Positions 54,746-64,000 of a DNA stretch of 64,000 nt are shown piece after piece. How positions within the stretch are numbered: the stretch's first letter is position 1; every line of letters begins with the position of its first letter. Origin of the DNA: Opitutaceae bacterium (GTDB lineage Bacteria; Verrucomicrobiota; Verrucomicrobiia; Opitutales; Coraliomargaritaceae); NCBI GenBank assembly GCA_051252375.1, contig JBPOFY010000001.1, positions 384,001 through 448,000 of the forward strand. Reading direction: 5' to 3'. A program made the position numbers and the translations under genes. The notes beneath the pieces are model-generated. The model did not search any database. It was not told the DNA's origin and worked only from the letters and a program-made list of their open reading frames with translations.

Positions 54746-55255
54746 TTATTCGAAACCTTTGAACAGCTCTTCCCAAGCCTTGTCGGACTCCAGTGTCTTT
54801 GGCTCGGCGGTTTTCTTGTCGGACGTCTTCCAAAGGTATGCGGCGAAAGCTTGATCGGCCTCGCAGAGCATTGTGTTGGGGAGCGTTAAGACCTGCTGGT
54901 CGGCAGTTCGGCGGATTTTCAAGCCGCCAGCTTGGGCTTCAATGACTTCCGCGCTGAGTTGTCTGCCTTGTATATCCGTGAAAGTGATGACTCTGTTGGC
55001 AGCACGTAGGGAGTGGTCGTGATCCGTTAGCATGGCTTCAGTGGCAGGGTCGACTTTCACCTCTGCCACTTCGTTGACCACTACGGGAGCAGGAATTTCC
55101 TCCACCGGAGCTGCTACGACGACAGCTTCTGGAGTGGGCTTGGCGACTGCTACGACATCTAGATTATAGAACGCTCTCTTCTCTCCGACGATATAGCCTG
55201 CGTAAAAACAGACACCGGCAACAACGATTAAGCAAAGGGTATACAGGGAATTCAT
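54746..55255 (-). CDS. Membrane-anchored hypothetical protein, possible SHD1-like C-terminal domain
   Basis: N-terminal TM; FTDIQGRQLSAE...LKIRR...LCEADQAF. Confidence 0.6.
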   Translation of the reverse strand: MNSLYTLCLIVVAGVCFYAGYIVGEKRAFYNLDVVAVAKPTPEAVVVAAPVEEIPAPVVVNEVAEVKVDPATEAMLTDHDHSLRAANRVITFTDIQGRQLSAEVIEAQAGGLKIRRTADQQVLTLPNTMLCEADQAFAAYLWKTSDKKTAEPKTLESDKAWEELFKGFE

Positions 55256-55404
55256 GGGGAGTGACTCTGTTGATTGTGCACACAAAGTAAAGCGGTCAGT
55301 GCGTGTGGGATGTTGAGAAAGTGGAACATCAAACCGTGAAGTTCGAAGTGGGGTGGCTTATTATTCTGGTCGAACTTCGATGCCTCTCCTACAAAGGTGC
55401 TTCA

Positions 55405-56988
55405 ATGAATCGACCATCACAGTATTGGGGCATTCTTGCGGGTGTATTGACGACATTGCTTTGGGTAATGTCTATACCGCCGTTTGAGTTCGCGGAGGCG
55501 GCTTATGTGGCTTTTGTGCCGCTCTTCCTCTGGTTGTATACGCGTCCGACAGGGCGGCTGTTTTGGGTGATTGCGGTCGGTGTCGGTTGGGTGAGTTGGT
55601 GTGCAATTTTGATATGGCTGCGGCATGTCACGGTCTTTGGGACTTTGGCTTTGTCGGGCGTCCTTGGCTTTTTATTTGTGCTGTGGTTGCTATTGGCGCG
55701 GCGCATTGTGCCGGCAGTTGCAGAGCGATCCTTTGGCATCCGGGCGTTGAGTTTTTTGGGACTGGCGGGTGCATGGGTGGTGATCGAATGGTCGCGCACA
55801 TGGTTGCTCTGGGGGTTTCCTTGGGCACCTTTTTCGCTCAGTCAATGGGAGCGTCCATTGGTCCTGCAAATATCGGCTTGGGTGGGCGCTTATGGTGTCT
55901 CGTTCTTGTTGATCTTTTTCAATCTGTGTGTGGCGCATACGCTGCGTAATCGGATTGTGGAGCGTGAGCGCAAACTACTTGCCGGGTGGTTTAGCCCAGA
56001 TCTTTATATGGCGATGGGCGCACTGTGTATCTGCATTTATGTCTTCTTTAATTCATTGCCGCAGAAGGATTCAGCAAAGGAGCTGTTCGTGGCGGCGGTG
56101 GTGCAGCCATACATTGCACCGGAGTTGAAGTGGGATACGGATCGGGAGTTGGAGAACTTGAATATCCTGGAACGCCAAACTCGATTTGTAGGGACTTTGA
56201 TCAGTGATGTCATCCTTTGGCCAGAAGCGGCAACGCCTTGGCCGATCGTCGGTTATCCGGATATGGCGACTCGAGTGGAGCGTCTTTGTAATGAGATGGG
56301 TAAACCGATCTTGATGGGGAATCTGGCGAATGATTTAGAGACGAAGCAGTGGTATAACGGCAGTTTCTTGTGCGTGCCAGGTGAGGGCGTTGATCCGAAT
56401 TATTATGTGAAGCGAGAGCTGGTGCCTTTTGGTGAGTATGTGCCGAAGCCTTTTGGTTTTATCAAGAAAGTGGTCCCTGTCGGCGGCAATTTTGTCCCTG
56501 GAACCGATGCAGGTCTCATCGATTTACCTGTGCGTGATACCACGATCCCGATCGGTTCGTTGGTTTGCTATGAAGACGTGTTTCCTTCTTTAGCGCGTGA
56601 AAGTGCGGCGGCGGGCGCGCAGGTCTTTTTCGTGGCGACTAATAATGCGTGGTATGGTGAAGAGGGTGGCGCATCGCAACATGCCGCGCACTCTGTCTTA
56701 CGCGCGATCGAGAATCGTCGCCCGGTGATGCGTGCGGGCAATGGTGGCTGGAGTGGTTGGATCGACTCCTATGGCACCATCCGCGAGGTGCTGCATGACG
56801 AGGATGGCAGTATTTATTTCCGCGGTGGTGGCACCTACACCGTCTTCCAGTTTGAAGAGTGGATGACGCAGCAGAGTTTCTACACCCGTCATGGTGATTG
56901 GTTTGTCGCCGTCTGCGGCGGTTTAGCCGTATTGCTGATCTTCGTTCGTCCGAGTAAAGCGGAGAAGACTGTAAGCGAAGTGGCTTGA
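55405..56988 (+). CDS. lnt: Apolipoprotein N-acyltransferase
   Basis: GFPW, WPEAA, KRELVPFGEYVP, VCYED, TNNAWY, RAIENRR. Confidence 0.96.
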   Translation: MNRPSQYWGILAGVLTTLLWVMSIPPFEFAEAAYVAFVPLFLWLYTRPTGRLFWVIAVGVGWVSWCAILIWLRHVTVFGTLALSGVLGFLFVLWLLLARRIVPAVAERSFGIRALSFLGLAGAWVVIEWSRTWLLWGFPWAPFSLSQWERPLVLQISAWVGAYGVSFLLIFFNLCVAHTLRNRIVERERKLLAGWFSPDLYMAMGALCICIYVFFNSLPQKDSAKELFVAAVVQPYIAPELKWDTDRELENLNILERQTRFVGTLISDVILWPEAATPWPIVGYPDMATRVERLCNEMGKPILMGNLANDLETKQWYNGSFLCVPGEGVDPNYYVKRELVPFGEYVPKPFGFIKKVVPVGGNFVPGTDAGLIDLPVRDTTIPIGSLVCYEDVFPSLARESAAAGAQVFFVATNNAWYGEEGGASQHAAHSVLRAIENRRPVMRAGNGGWSGWIDSYGTIREVLHDEDGSIYFRGGGTYTVFQFEEWMTQQSFYTRHGDWFVAVCGGLAVLLIFVRPSKAEKTVSEVA

Positions 56989-56990
56989 TC

Positions 56991-57071
56991 TGGAGGGCAA
57001 TGCTCCGTCATTGCCGCAAAACGGCTTAATATCTCGAACCAACGGCGGTTGCGACGGAGCGCAACCCTCCA
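56991..57071. repeat. Inverted REP pair (family B), near-copy of 42426-42507
   Basis: TGGAGGGCAATGCTCCGTCATTGCCGC...CGGCGGTTGCGACGGAGCGCAACCCTCCA. Confidence 0.9.
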
Positions 57072-57204
57072 ATCAATGAATTAAAAATCTGCATGGAGGC
57101 GATGATTCCCGTCACTATACGCCTGAGCGGTTCAACTAGATTAGCAACAAGTTGGAATTCCTAAAACGCATTCCATGGCGGTCCTCTTACCAACTAAACA
57201 ACTT

Positions 57205-57230
57205 GCGGCGTGGGAACACGCCTGCGCTAC
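57205..57230 (-). repeat. REP, GTAG variant
   Basis: Minus strand GTAGCGCAGGCGTGTTCCCACGCCGC, just after the rodZ-like stop. Confidence 0.65.
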
Positions 57231-57232
57231 TT

Positions 57233-58060
57233 TTACGGCAGTGTGATTTTCGCGGTGCCGTCGCTGTTGGGACGCATGCGTTCGCCACCTTGTTCGATGA
57301 CGATGTTTTCACCTGCGGTGAATAGGATGTCGACGGAGCCGTTTTTAGTAATGGCAACTGTCTCGCCAGCACTCATGGTGTCGCGGTAGAGGATGGCGTT
57401 GTCGGACTGCTGTTTGACGATCACATAAACTGTGCCGCTGGCGATGAGTTTGAGCTCATTGCTTGCAGCTGCTTCTGAAATGGACGGCTCAGTTGATTCG
57501 GTGATCTCAGTGGGTGCTGCGAGTTCCGGTTCAATCGTCGGTTCGTCGCCGCTGCTGAGGATGGCTTTAATCAAGCCGAAGATGACAAACACGAGTGTCA
57601 GCGTGCCAACGAATACGAGACCGATTTTGAGATAAAAAGTCTTATCGTTTTCTTCATCGCTTTCACGATCAGCACGGTCTTCGTGTGTTGCAGCTGGGCT
57701 GGAGGAAATGTGTCCGTAGCCGGGCTCTGTTTGCGAAGTGCTTTCGTCTGCTTCAGAGCTAGCGGATTTCTTGATCTCGATCTGACCGAAGAGTTCAGAG
57801 CTGCCTTTTTTGCTGATACGCGTATTGCTGAGTAGCTGTGCGCTGTAATCGGTGATGATTTTCTCGGGATCGAGCTTCAGGTAGCGAGCGTAGTTCTTGA
57901 TGAATCCGCGCTTGTAGAGCTCGGGGAGCTCAAAATCGAATTTGTTTTGCTCGAAATAGCCTAAGAAGTCGCCGCGGATTTTAGTCGCCTCGGCAGCTTC
58001 GCGCAGGGAGATGCCCTTGCGTTTGCGTGCTTCTTCTAAACGTTCCCCAATACTTTGCAT
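57233..58060 (-). CDS. RodZ-like HTH / TM / DUF4115 protein
   Basis: IGERLEEARKRKGISL..., RGFIKNYARYLKLD; single TM; periplasmic beta domain. Confidence 0.85.
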   Translation of the reverse strand: MQSIGERLEEARKRKGISLREAAEATKIRGDFLGYFEQNKFDFELPELYKRGFIKNYARYLKLDPEKIITDYSAQLLSNTRISKKGSSELFGQIEIKKSASSEADESTSQTEPGYGHISSSPAATHEDRADRESDEENDKTFYLKIGLVFVGTLTLVFVIFGLIKAILSSGDEPTIEPELAAPTEITESTEPSISEAAASNELKLIASGTVYVIVKQQSDNAILYRDTMSAGETVAITKNGSVDILFTAGENIVIEQGGERMRPNSDGTAKITLP

Positions 58061-58152
58061 TGTGACGCATTATGTGAGGGTCTTCTTTTATTCCGCAAGC
58101 ACGAATCGTAAGCTTAAGCGATTAGAAGCGAGGCGAGTCCAAGTATAGCCGT

Positions 58153-58179
58153 ATGGCGGTCGGGACGACCGCCGCTACC
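58153..58179 (-). repeat. REP, GTAG family A
   Basis: Minus strand GGTAGCGGCGGTCGTCCCGACCGCCAT, 2 nt after the prmA stop. Confidence 0.85.
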
Positions 58180-58181
58180 TG

Positions 58182-59081
58182 TTAAGAAAGCACGAACAAC
58201 AAGTCGGCCCATTCGCCGTCTTCGCGGGTATCTGTGGTGATACTTTGGTCGCTGCGGAGTTCGGCGAAGCGCTTTTCGAAGTGGCTGCGGACGAGGTCGA
58301 GCTCTTTGGTAAGGATGCCGCTGAGGGCGATGGTGCCACCGTCTTTGACGCCTGTGACCAAGGGGTCTGAGTGAGGGATGAGCACATCGGTCTGGATATT
58401 GGCGAGCACGAGATCGCCTTGGCGACCGTTGGCAAAGCCTTGCTCCAAGTCTGCGACGGCAAACTCGGGTTTAGCTAGATGTGGGTTTTCTGCCGAGTTG
58501 CTGTGGCAAACGGTGATGGCTTCGGGGTCGAAATCGAAGCCGAATATTTTTGTGTAGCCGAGGGCGGAAGCGGAGAGCGCGAGCACGCCGGAGCCGCAAC
58601 CTGCATCGATTAGATCAATGGTTTCAAGCGATTCGGGATGCGCTTCAAGGTAGTCCAGCAAGCGACCGGCGCAAAGGCGGGTGGTCTCGTGGGTGCCAGT
58701 GCCGAAGGCCATGCCTGCATCGAGATAAACCACTGCGCTGCCTTCGGGAGCGGTGATGTTGTCGCGCTCCCAGAGTGGGATCCAGTGGAGTTGGCGGTTG
58801 CTCCAGGGCTTGACGAATTCTTTGTAGGCGTTCTGCCAGTCGGCGTCGATGATGGGTGTCTCGGCGAAGTCGGCGACCAATTTAGGAAAGTCGGCGCGCA
58901 GTTTGGCTAGTTCAGCCTGTGCGGTCTCGGAGTCGGGGAAGATGCCGAACACGTCGTAGGGATCGGTGATCTCCTTTTGCATGATGCCCCAGTAGGGCGA
59001 CTCGGTTTCGAAGAAATAGCCATCGAGGATTTCAACGATATCATCGGAGACGCGGGCGCGGAGTTCTACTTGGTTTGGCAT
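58182..59081 (-). CDS. prmA: 50S ribosomal protein L11 methyltransferase
   Basis: [36 protein letters not shown]. Confidence 0.93.
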   Translation of the reverse strand: MPNQVELRARVSDDIVEILDGYFFETESPYWGIMQKEITDPYDVFGIFPDSETAQAELAKLRADFPKLVADFAETPIIDADWQNAYKEFVKPWSNRQLHWIPLWERDNITAPEGSAVVYLDAGMAFGTGTHETTRLCAGRLLDYLEAHPESLETIDLIDAGCGSGVLALSASALGYTKIFGFDFDPEAITVCHSNSAENPHLAKPEFAVADLEQGFANGRQGDLVLANIQTDVLIPHSDPLVTGVKDGGTIALSGILTKELDLVRSHFEKRFAELRSDQSITTDTREDGEWADLLFVLS

Positions 59082-59106
59082 TGGAAAAGTGGGAGGGTGA
59101 AACGAG

Positions 59107-59703
59107 TTAAGAAGGTTCTTTGATTTTGCCTTTGCTGAGCTTGGCAATGACTTCTGGGAGAAGGCGGTGCTCAGCGATGTGGATTTTGGTTTCCAGTATT
59201 TCGAGTGTATCGGACTCTTCGATACGCACTTCTTTTTGATCGATAATGGGACCGGAATCGAGGTCTGCGGTGACCCAGTGCACAGTGCAGCCAGTGACTT
59301 TAACGCCGTGGTCGTAGGCTTGCTTGATGCCGTTCATGCCGATGAAGCTGGGCAGCAGGCTGGGGTGCAAGTTGATCACTTTGCCATCGAAGGCTTCGAT
59401 AAACTTCGCGGTGATGATCCGCATGAAGCCTGCGAGGACGATTAGCTTGGGCGAGAACGACTGGATGCGCTCGATGTAGGCTTGCTCGGCCTCGTCGCTC
59501 AGGCGGGCGCCTTTACGTTGTGGGTCGATATAGATCGCGGGGACTTTATGCTTCTGCCCGAGGGCGAGGATGCCAGCGTCTTCGTGATCGCTGATGATGG
59601 CAGCGATTTTGGCGGCACCGAGTTGCTTTTTGCTTTCCGCTTTAAGTAAAGCGTCGGCATTAGAGCCGCGGCCTGAGCCGAGGATGACGATTGGATAGGC
59701 CAT
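59107..59703 (-). CDS. purN: Phosphoribosylglycinamide formyltransferase
   Basis: [34 protein letters not shown]. Confidence 0.96.
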   Translation of the reverse strand: MAYPIVILGSGRGSNADALLKAESKKQLGAAKIAAIISDHEDAGILALGQKHKVPAIYIDPQRKGARLSDEAEQAYIERIQSFSPKLIVLAGFMRIITAKFIEAFDGKVINLHPSLLPSFIGMNGIKQAYDHGVKVTGCTVHWVTADLDSGPIIDQKEVRIEESDTLEILETKIHIAEHRLLPEVIAKLSKGKIKEPS

Positions 59704-59706
59704 ATT

Positions 59707-59734
59707 ATAAGAAGTTAGAATGTAGAAGTCAGAA
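59707..59734 (-). repeat. Heptamer array before purN
   Basis: Minus strand TTCTGAC TTCTACA TTCTAAC TTCTTAT, then AAT-ATG. Confidence 0.75.
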
Positions 59735-59745
59735 GCTAAGAATTT

Positions 59746-60909
59746 CTATCGGAAGAATTTCTTAGCTTTTTCGACGAATGATTCGCTGACGGGATTGGCG
59801 GGGTCGCCGCTGGCCTCTGCAAAGGCTTCAAGTTTCTCCTTTTGATCGCTGTTGAGTTTGGTGGGCACTTCCACTTGCACGCGAATCAGAAGATCGCCTT
59901 TGGAGTTGCCGCGGAGGTGCGGGATGCCTTGGTCGCGGAGACGGAAGGTGGTGCCGGTCTGCGTGCCAGCTGGAATCTTGAGCGATCCTTTGCCGAAGAG
60001 TGTGGGCACGTTGATCGAGCCACCGAGTGCCGCGAGTGTGAATTTAATAGGGACTTCGCAAAAGAGGTCGAAGTCATGACGCTCAAACAGCTCGTGCTCT
60101 TTGACGTGTATGATAATGTAGAGATCGCCTGCTTGACCGCCCATTTGACCGGCTTCGCCTTTGCCTGCGGAACGGAGTTTCGAGCCGGTGGCGACACCTG
60201 CGGGAATACGCACCTTGACGGTGCTGCTGTCCATGACGCGGCCTTCACCGCGGCAGTTACCGCAGGGCTTTTCGATGGTTTGTCCTGCGCCTTGGCAACT
60301 CGGGCAGACTTGACGGAAACTGATGAAGCCTCGATTGGAGGTGACTTGACCCGCACCACCGCAAGTGGAACAGGTGACTTTCTTGGAGCCAGGTTCTGCG
60401 CCAGAGCCAGTGCACTTTTTGCACTCAATCGGTCGACGGTATCGGATCTCTTTTTCGGTGCCTTTGGCTGCTTCTTCGAGGGAGATCTCGAGGTCATAGC
60501 GAAGGTCGGATCCGTGGGCTGCGCCGCCGGATTGTCCGCGACCACCGCCACTGCCGAAGAACTCTTCGAAGATGCCGCCACCACCACCGCCACCGCCTCC
60601 GCCGCCGAAGGCTTCGCGGAAGATGTCGAACGGATCGTGGCCGCCCATGCCGCCGCGCCCGCCGCCGGGGTTGCCCATGCCGCCTTGCTTGAAGGCGGCG
60701 TGTCCGTAGCGATCGTAAGCTGCGCGCTTATCGCCGTCTTTTAGGACGTCGTAGGCTTCGGAAATCTCTTTAAACTTCGCTTCTGCGGCGGCATCGTCCG
60801 GGTTTTTGTCCGGGTGATACTTAACCGCTTGCTTGCGGTAAGCCTTTTTGAGGTCTGTTTCAGAGACGTCGCGAGCGACGCCGAGTAAATCGTAATAATC
60901 GTTCGCCAT
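59746..60909 (-). CDS. dnaJ: Chaperone DnaJ
   Basis: HPD J-domain, G/F-rich linker, four CxxCxGxG repeats. Confidence 0.98.
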   Translation of the reverse strand: MANDYYDLLGVARDVSETDLKKAYRKQAVKYHPDKNPDDAAAEAKFKEISEAYDVLKDGDKRAAYDRYGHAAFKQGGMGNPGGGRGGMGGHDPFDIFREAFGGGGGGGGGGGIFEEFFGSGGGRGQSGGAAHGSDLRYDLEISLEEAAKGTEKEIRYRRPIECKKCTGSGAEPGSKKVTCSTCGGAGQVTSNRGFISFRQVCPSCQGAGQTIEKPCGNCRGEGRVMDSSTVKVRIPAGVATGSKLRSAGKGEAGQMGGQAGDLYIIIHVKEHELFERHDFDLFCEVPIKFTLAALGGSINVPTLFGKGSLKIPAGTQTGTTFRLRDQGIPHLRGNSKGDLLIRVQVEVPTKLNSDQKEKLEAFAEASGDPANPVSESFVEKAKKFFR

Positions 60910-60915
60910 ATTGAA

Positions 60916-61491
60916 TTAGCTGTCTGCTTTGGCGGGGCCACTGGAAACAATGACGTTGGCTGCGCGTATGAGGCGTTCGTTTAAACGGTAACCCGCGCGA
61001 ACAGTTTGTATGACGTGGTCTTCTTTGACGTCTTCGGAGGGTTGATGCGCAATGCACTCGTGTAGGTTGGGATCAAAAACTTCACCATCAGGGAGGAGTT
61101 CCTCTAAGCCTTGCTCGGAGAGCGAACGCTTGAGTTGATCGTCGACCATTTTGAAACCGACAGTGACGTCCTTCGCTTCCGGATGATTTTCGGCGGCTTG
61201 GAGGCCGAGCTTCATGTTGTCGAGCACGGGCAGGAGTGATTCCACTACGTTTGCTGCGGCACTACGGATGATCTCCTGCTTTTCGCGGGTGATACGTTTG
61301 CGGTAATTCTCAAGGTCGGCGACTGAGCGCAAATAGCGCGACTTCATTTCGGTCGCTTCTAGTTGGGCTTTTTCGAGTTCGCTCAGTTCTGGAGTGGCCG
61401 CTTCGGTTTCAGGCGCATCTTCCACGACAGTATCGGTCGCGTCAGTGGGCTCTTCGACTTCTTCAGAGGAGTTTTGTGTTTTGTCTGTCAT
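60916..61491 (-). CDS. grpE: Nucleotide exchange factor GrpE
   Basis: [37 protein letters not shown]. Confidence 0.97.
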   Translation of the reverse strand: MTDKTQNSSEEVEEPTDATDTVVEDAPETEAATPELSELEKAQLEATEMKSRYLRSVADLENYRKRITREKQEIIRSAAANVVESLLPVLDNMKLGLQAAENHPEAKDVTVGFKMVDDQLKRSLSEQGLEELLPDGEVFDPNLHECIAHQPSEDVKEDHVIQTVRAGYRLNERLIRAANVIVSSGPAKADS

Positions 61492-61625
61492 TGTTATGCA
61501 AAAAGTTGTGTGATTTGACCCGTAATTCTTAGATCAGTTTCAAAGTGAGCGCGGGAGTGTGCGGATAAATTCAGAGAATTCAAGGGCACACTGTGGATGA
61601 ATTTCAGCAAGAATTGAGCCCATGA

Positions 61626-61653
61626 AAAAGGCCGGGAGTGCACCCGGCCTTTT
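61626..61653. terminator. Bidirectional-type intrinsic terminator
   Basis: AAAAGGCCGGG-agtgca-CCCGGCCTTTT. Confidence 0.8.
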
Positions 61654-61674
61654 GAAATTCGCTTAGATTGCGTT

Positions 61675-62229
61675 CTAATCTGTCTTCTCCGCGCTGGAAC
61701 CGCCACTCAAGATGTCGATGATTTCGCGGGAATCTTCGAAGATCCGCACAATTTCGTCTCCGATGCGCACGATCTCGGTATTTTCCGGAGATTTGGGCAG
61801 ACGTTTAAGGATTTCCTCGGGGAGCGAGCGCGCTTTCTCATCTAGTTCTGGCTCTAGCTTGGCACCGCGCTCAAGCTTCTTTTTCCATCCTGGAGGCAGT
61901 TCGCCCCCGCGCTCTAGTTTCTTTTTTAAGCCTGGAGGGAGTGGTTTGTCTGATTTTTTCCACTTGGCGTTTCCTTTTTGCCAGCTTTCTAGCACTTCGC
62001 GCTCTTCTTTATTAAAAGTGGGTGCCTGTTCCTTTTTCGGCTTCTTATCTTTATTGGCGTCCTCAGCTTCCTCGACCTTTTTAGGCGTTTCTTTGGCGGT
62101 CTCAGATTTCTTCCCAAAGATTCGTTCAAACCAAGACGGTTTCTCTTCTTCTTGTGCTTGAGTTTCCGCGAAGCCGGATTGGGCCAACGTTGCAAGTGCC
62201 AAGGCAAAGTAAAATATCAGTCTCTTCAT
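61675..62229 (-). CDS. Secreted LPPG-repeat protein (RcnB-like region possible)
   Basis: Signal peptide; LPPGLKKKLERG and LPPGWKKKLERG tandem. Confidence 0.7.
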   Translation of the reverse strand: MKRLIFYFALALATLAQSGFAETQAQEEEKPSWFERIFGKKSETAKETPKKVEEAEDANKDKKPKKEQAPTFNKEEREVLESWQKGNAKWKKSDKPLPPGLKKKLERGGELPPGWKKKLERGAKLEPELDEKARSLPEEILKRLPKSPENTEIVRIGDEIVRIFEDSREIIDILSGGSSAEKTD

Positions 62230-62267
62230 TGTGTCATAATGAGAAGCGTTCTCTTTCAGCACAACAG

Positions 62268-63014
62268 TTAATCAGCAGCTAGAGCTGGCCGTTTATACCA
62301 AAAACCACAGAGTTTTCGCGAACGCACAGCGATAGGCATGAGCGCCATCAATAGGACCCAGCCGAGAATTTTCGGTCCCGAATACCAGTTGAGCTTGCGG
62401 GCGGAGGTCTGGGCGGGCGCAAGTGTGAGGATGTCGAAGCGTAGCTTTTCGGCTTTGCCCCATTTCTTCAGGAGGCGGGAGAGGCGCACTTCTTCGCTGG
62501 CGTAGAGTTTTTGGTCAAAACCTCCGACAGCTTCGAATGCGTCCCGCCGGCAATAGAGATAGCTGCCAGCTGCGGTGCGGGTGAGTTTGGATACGCGCTC
62601 CCAGAGACCGATGCCAAAGCGGCCGATGCGGGAGATCGGGCCTTCAAATTGGATGACTGAGCCGCCGCCGACTACGTTGCCAGTGTTAAGGCGGCGCAGG
62701 GATTCGGTCAGTAGTGCTGGTTCGATGCGGGTATCGGCATCAATAAATATAAGGTAGCGACCTTGGCTGGCGCGCACTCCGGCATTACGGGCTCGTGCGA
62801 TTTGATTCTCTGGCTCGAAGACCACTTTTACGAAGCCTACCTTAGTCGCGACTGCGGCGGTCAAATCCGATGAATTGTTGTCCACCACGATGCATTCGCC
62901 CAGCTCAGACTGGGCATCCATCGCGGCTTTGATGGCGGTCAGCGTCGCGGGGAGCTCTTCCGCCTCGTTGTAGGCGGGAATGATGATCGAGTAGTCGGGG
63001 GCGAATGCGTTCAT
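62268..63014 (-). CDS. Glycosyltransferase family 2
   Basis: SIIIPAYNE, VVDNNSSD, ARNAG, FIDAD, GGFD; ATGA overlap with the upstream gene. Confidence 0.92.
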   Translation of the reverse strand: MNAFAPDYSIIIPAYNEAEELPATLTAIKAAMDAQSELGECIVVDNNSSDLTAAVATKVGFVKVVFEPENQIARARNAGVRASQGRYLIFIDADTRIEPALLTESLRRLNTGNVVGGGSVIQFEGPISRIGRFGIGLWERVSKLTRTAAGSYLYCRRDAFEAVGGFDQKLYASEEVRLSRLLKKWGKAEKLRFDILTLAPAQTSARKLNWYSGPKILGWVLLMALMPIAVRSRKLCGFWYKRPALAAD

Positions 63015-63547
63015 TTTGTTTTTAGGGGGATGTGCACTTCGGACCGCTTTAGGAAACCTGGCATGAATGGGCTGTTCCAAAAGATTGCCCGCGCTTCACC
63101 TGTAATTTCATATGGTTCCTGAGTGGCGAGCCAAGTTCTAAGCGTTGCTTCAGCTTTTTGGAAGTTTTCTTCGGAATAGCCACCGCGCACGCCAATGCTG
63201 GCGACGGTGCGCGCGGGCAACTGATGGACTGTGACGGTATCGGTCGACTCCTGTGCTTTCTTAATCGCTTCTTCGCCGATGTAGAAATACATGACGCCGG
63301 GGTTGATCTCCGCTTCGACGGGTGTGGTCATGGCGATGTCGCGCGATGAGATGTAGCGGAAGAGTGGGCGGAAAAGTTGGTTGTCGTCACTAAAGTAGTC
63401 GTTCTCAGATTGGCTGGCGATGAGGTGGGCGGCAGGCAGCGTCTTGATCTCAGTTTGACCGACATTTGTTTGCGGGAAGGCTTTATCGGCAGCATTCATG
63501 AGTAGTGGGAATAGGCAAAGAAGTAGAACAGAGCAGTGGGTTTTCAT
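63011..63547 (-). CDS. SOUL family heme-binding protein
   Basis: Signal peptide; FRPLFRYI, IAMTTPV, WNSPF..GFLKRSEV. Confidence 0.85.
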   Translation of the reverse strand: MKTHCSVLLLCLFPLLMNAADKAFPQTNVGQTEIKTLPAAHLIASQSENDYFSDDNQLFRPLFRYISSRDIAMTTPVEAEINPGVMYFYIGEEAIKKAQESTDTVTVHQLPARTVASIGVRGGYSEENFQKAEATLRTWLATQEPYEITGEARAIFWNSPFMPGFLKRSEVHIPLKTK

Positions 63548-63648
63548 GTAAATGTAACGCTCGCAAATTGATTTCCTTACTCGGTAATTTGTAAATCTGA
63601 TCTATTGCTGGAATAATTAAGGACACTGGCTTATCCCTATAACTATCT

Positions 63649-64000
63649 ATGAAATTGTTTTCCCTTAGGACCTTCCTTGGTGTTATTGCCCTCGCCGCTT
63701 GTAGCTTACGTGCGGAACCGATCCAGGCGGAGCATGCGACTGTCGAGCTAATCGCCGAACAGCAGCAGGTTGTGGCCGGTAAAAGCTTTAATCTGGCGCT
63801 ACGCTTTGAGTTAGACCCGCATTGGCACCTGTATTGGAAAAATCCTGGTTCGAGTGGCTTGCCGCTTTCTTTGGAGTGGGATTTGCCCGAGGGCGTCGAA
63901 GCTGGGGCGATCCAATGGCCGACTCCAGAGCGGATCGAACTAGAAGGCTATGTGACTTATGGCTTTGAGGACGCAGTGACCTTTGTTGTCCCGATCCAAG
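63649..64000 (+). CDS. Protein-disulfide reductase DsbD N-terminal domain protein (truncated by window end)
   Basis: Own translation: MKLFSLRTFLGVIALAAC...WHLYWKNPGSSGLP...IQWPTP; absent from the ORF track because there is no stop in the window. Confidence 0.85.
   Translation, partial: MKLFSLRTFLGVIALAACSLRAEPIQAEHATVELIAEQQQVVAGKSFNLALRFELDPHWHLYWKNPGSSGLPLSLEWDLPEGVEAGAIQWPTPERIELEGYVTYGFEDAVTFVVPIQ

Noticed and set aside
60540..60680. (CCG/CCA)n triplet repeats
   Set aside because: They encode the ordinary Gly/Phe-rich linker of DnaJ.
59842..60744. 300-aa ORF antisense to dnaJ, and similar shadows at 32912-33772 and 2051-2767
   Set aside because: They fully overlap conserved genes on the opposite strand, have no recognisable motifs, and are expected from codon bias.
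61492..61674. CIRCE element upstream of grpE
   Set aside because: GAGTGC occurs only in a terminator loop; there is no TTAGCACTC-N9-GAGTGCTAA.

Overview
64 kb of bacterial chromosome, probably Verrucomicrobiota (Opitutia, Coraliomargarita/Lentimonas-like). This is inferred from a PEP-CTERM protein, a Verru_Chthon-A/PilX-like protein, a cysteine-free SecA tail and the generally SD-poor leaders. Most of the window is housekeeping: atpEFHAGDC, coaX/birA/nadC, gmk, metH, trkAH, nfeD-nfeD-floA, pyk, folE2, secA, lnt and grpE-dnaJ-purN-prmA. Accessory and non-coding highlights: (1) an AT-rich islet with a divergent stand-alone SIR2-like gene plus higBA, a candidate defence system; (2) a frameshifted REP-associated tyrosine transposase (RAYT) flanked by inverted REPs, with about 18 REP-like hairpins of several co-varying subfamilies spread across the window; (3) degenerate 7-bp tandem arrays (TTCTRAC-type and CATTAC-type) ending just upstream of the start codons of seven genes, plus one inverted pair after secA; (4) two unrelated secreted proteins sharing a C-terminal motif that may be a sorting domain. 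I saw no rRNA, tRNA, CRISPR array or prophage. All family calls come from motif recognition by eye, not database searches.
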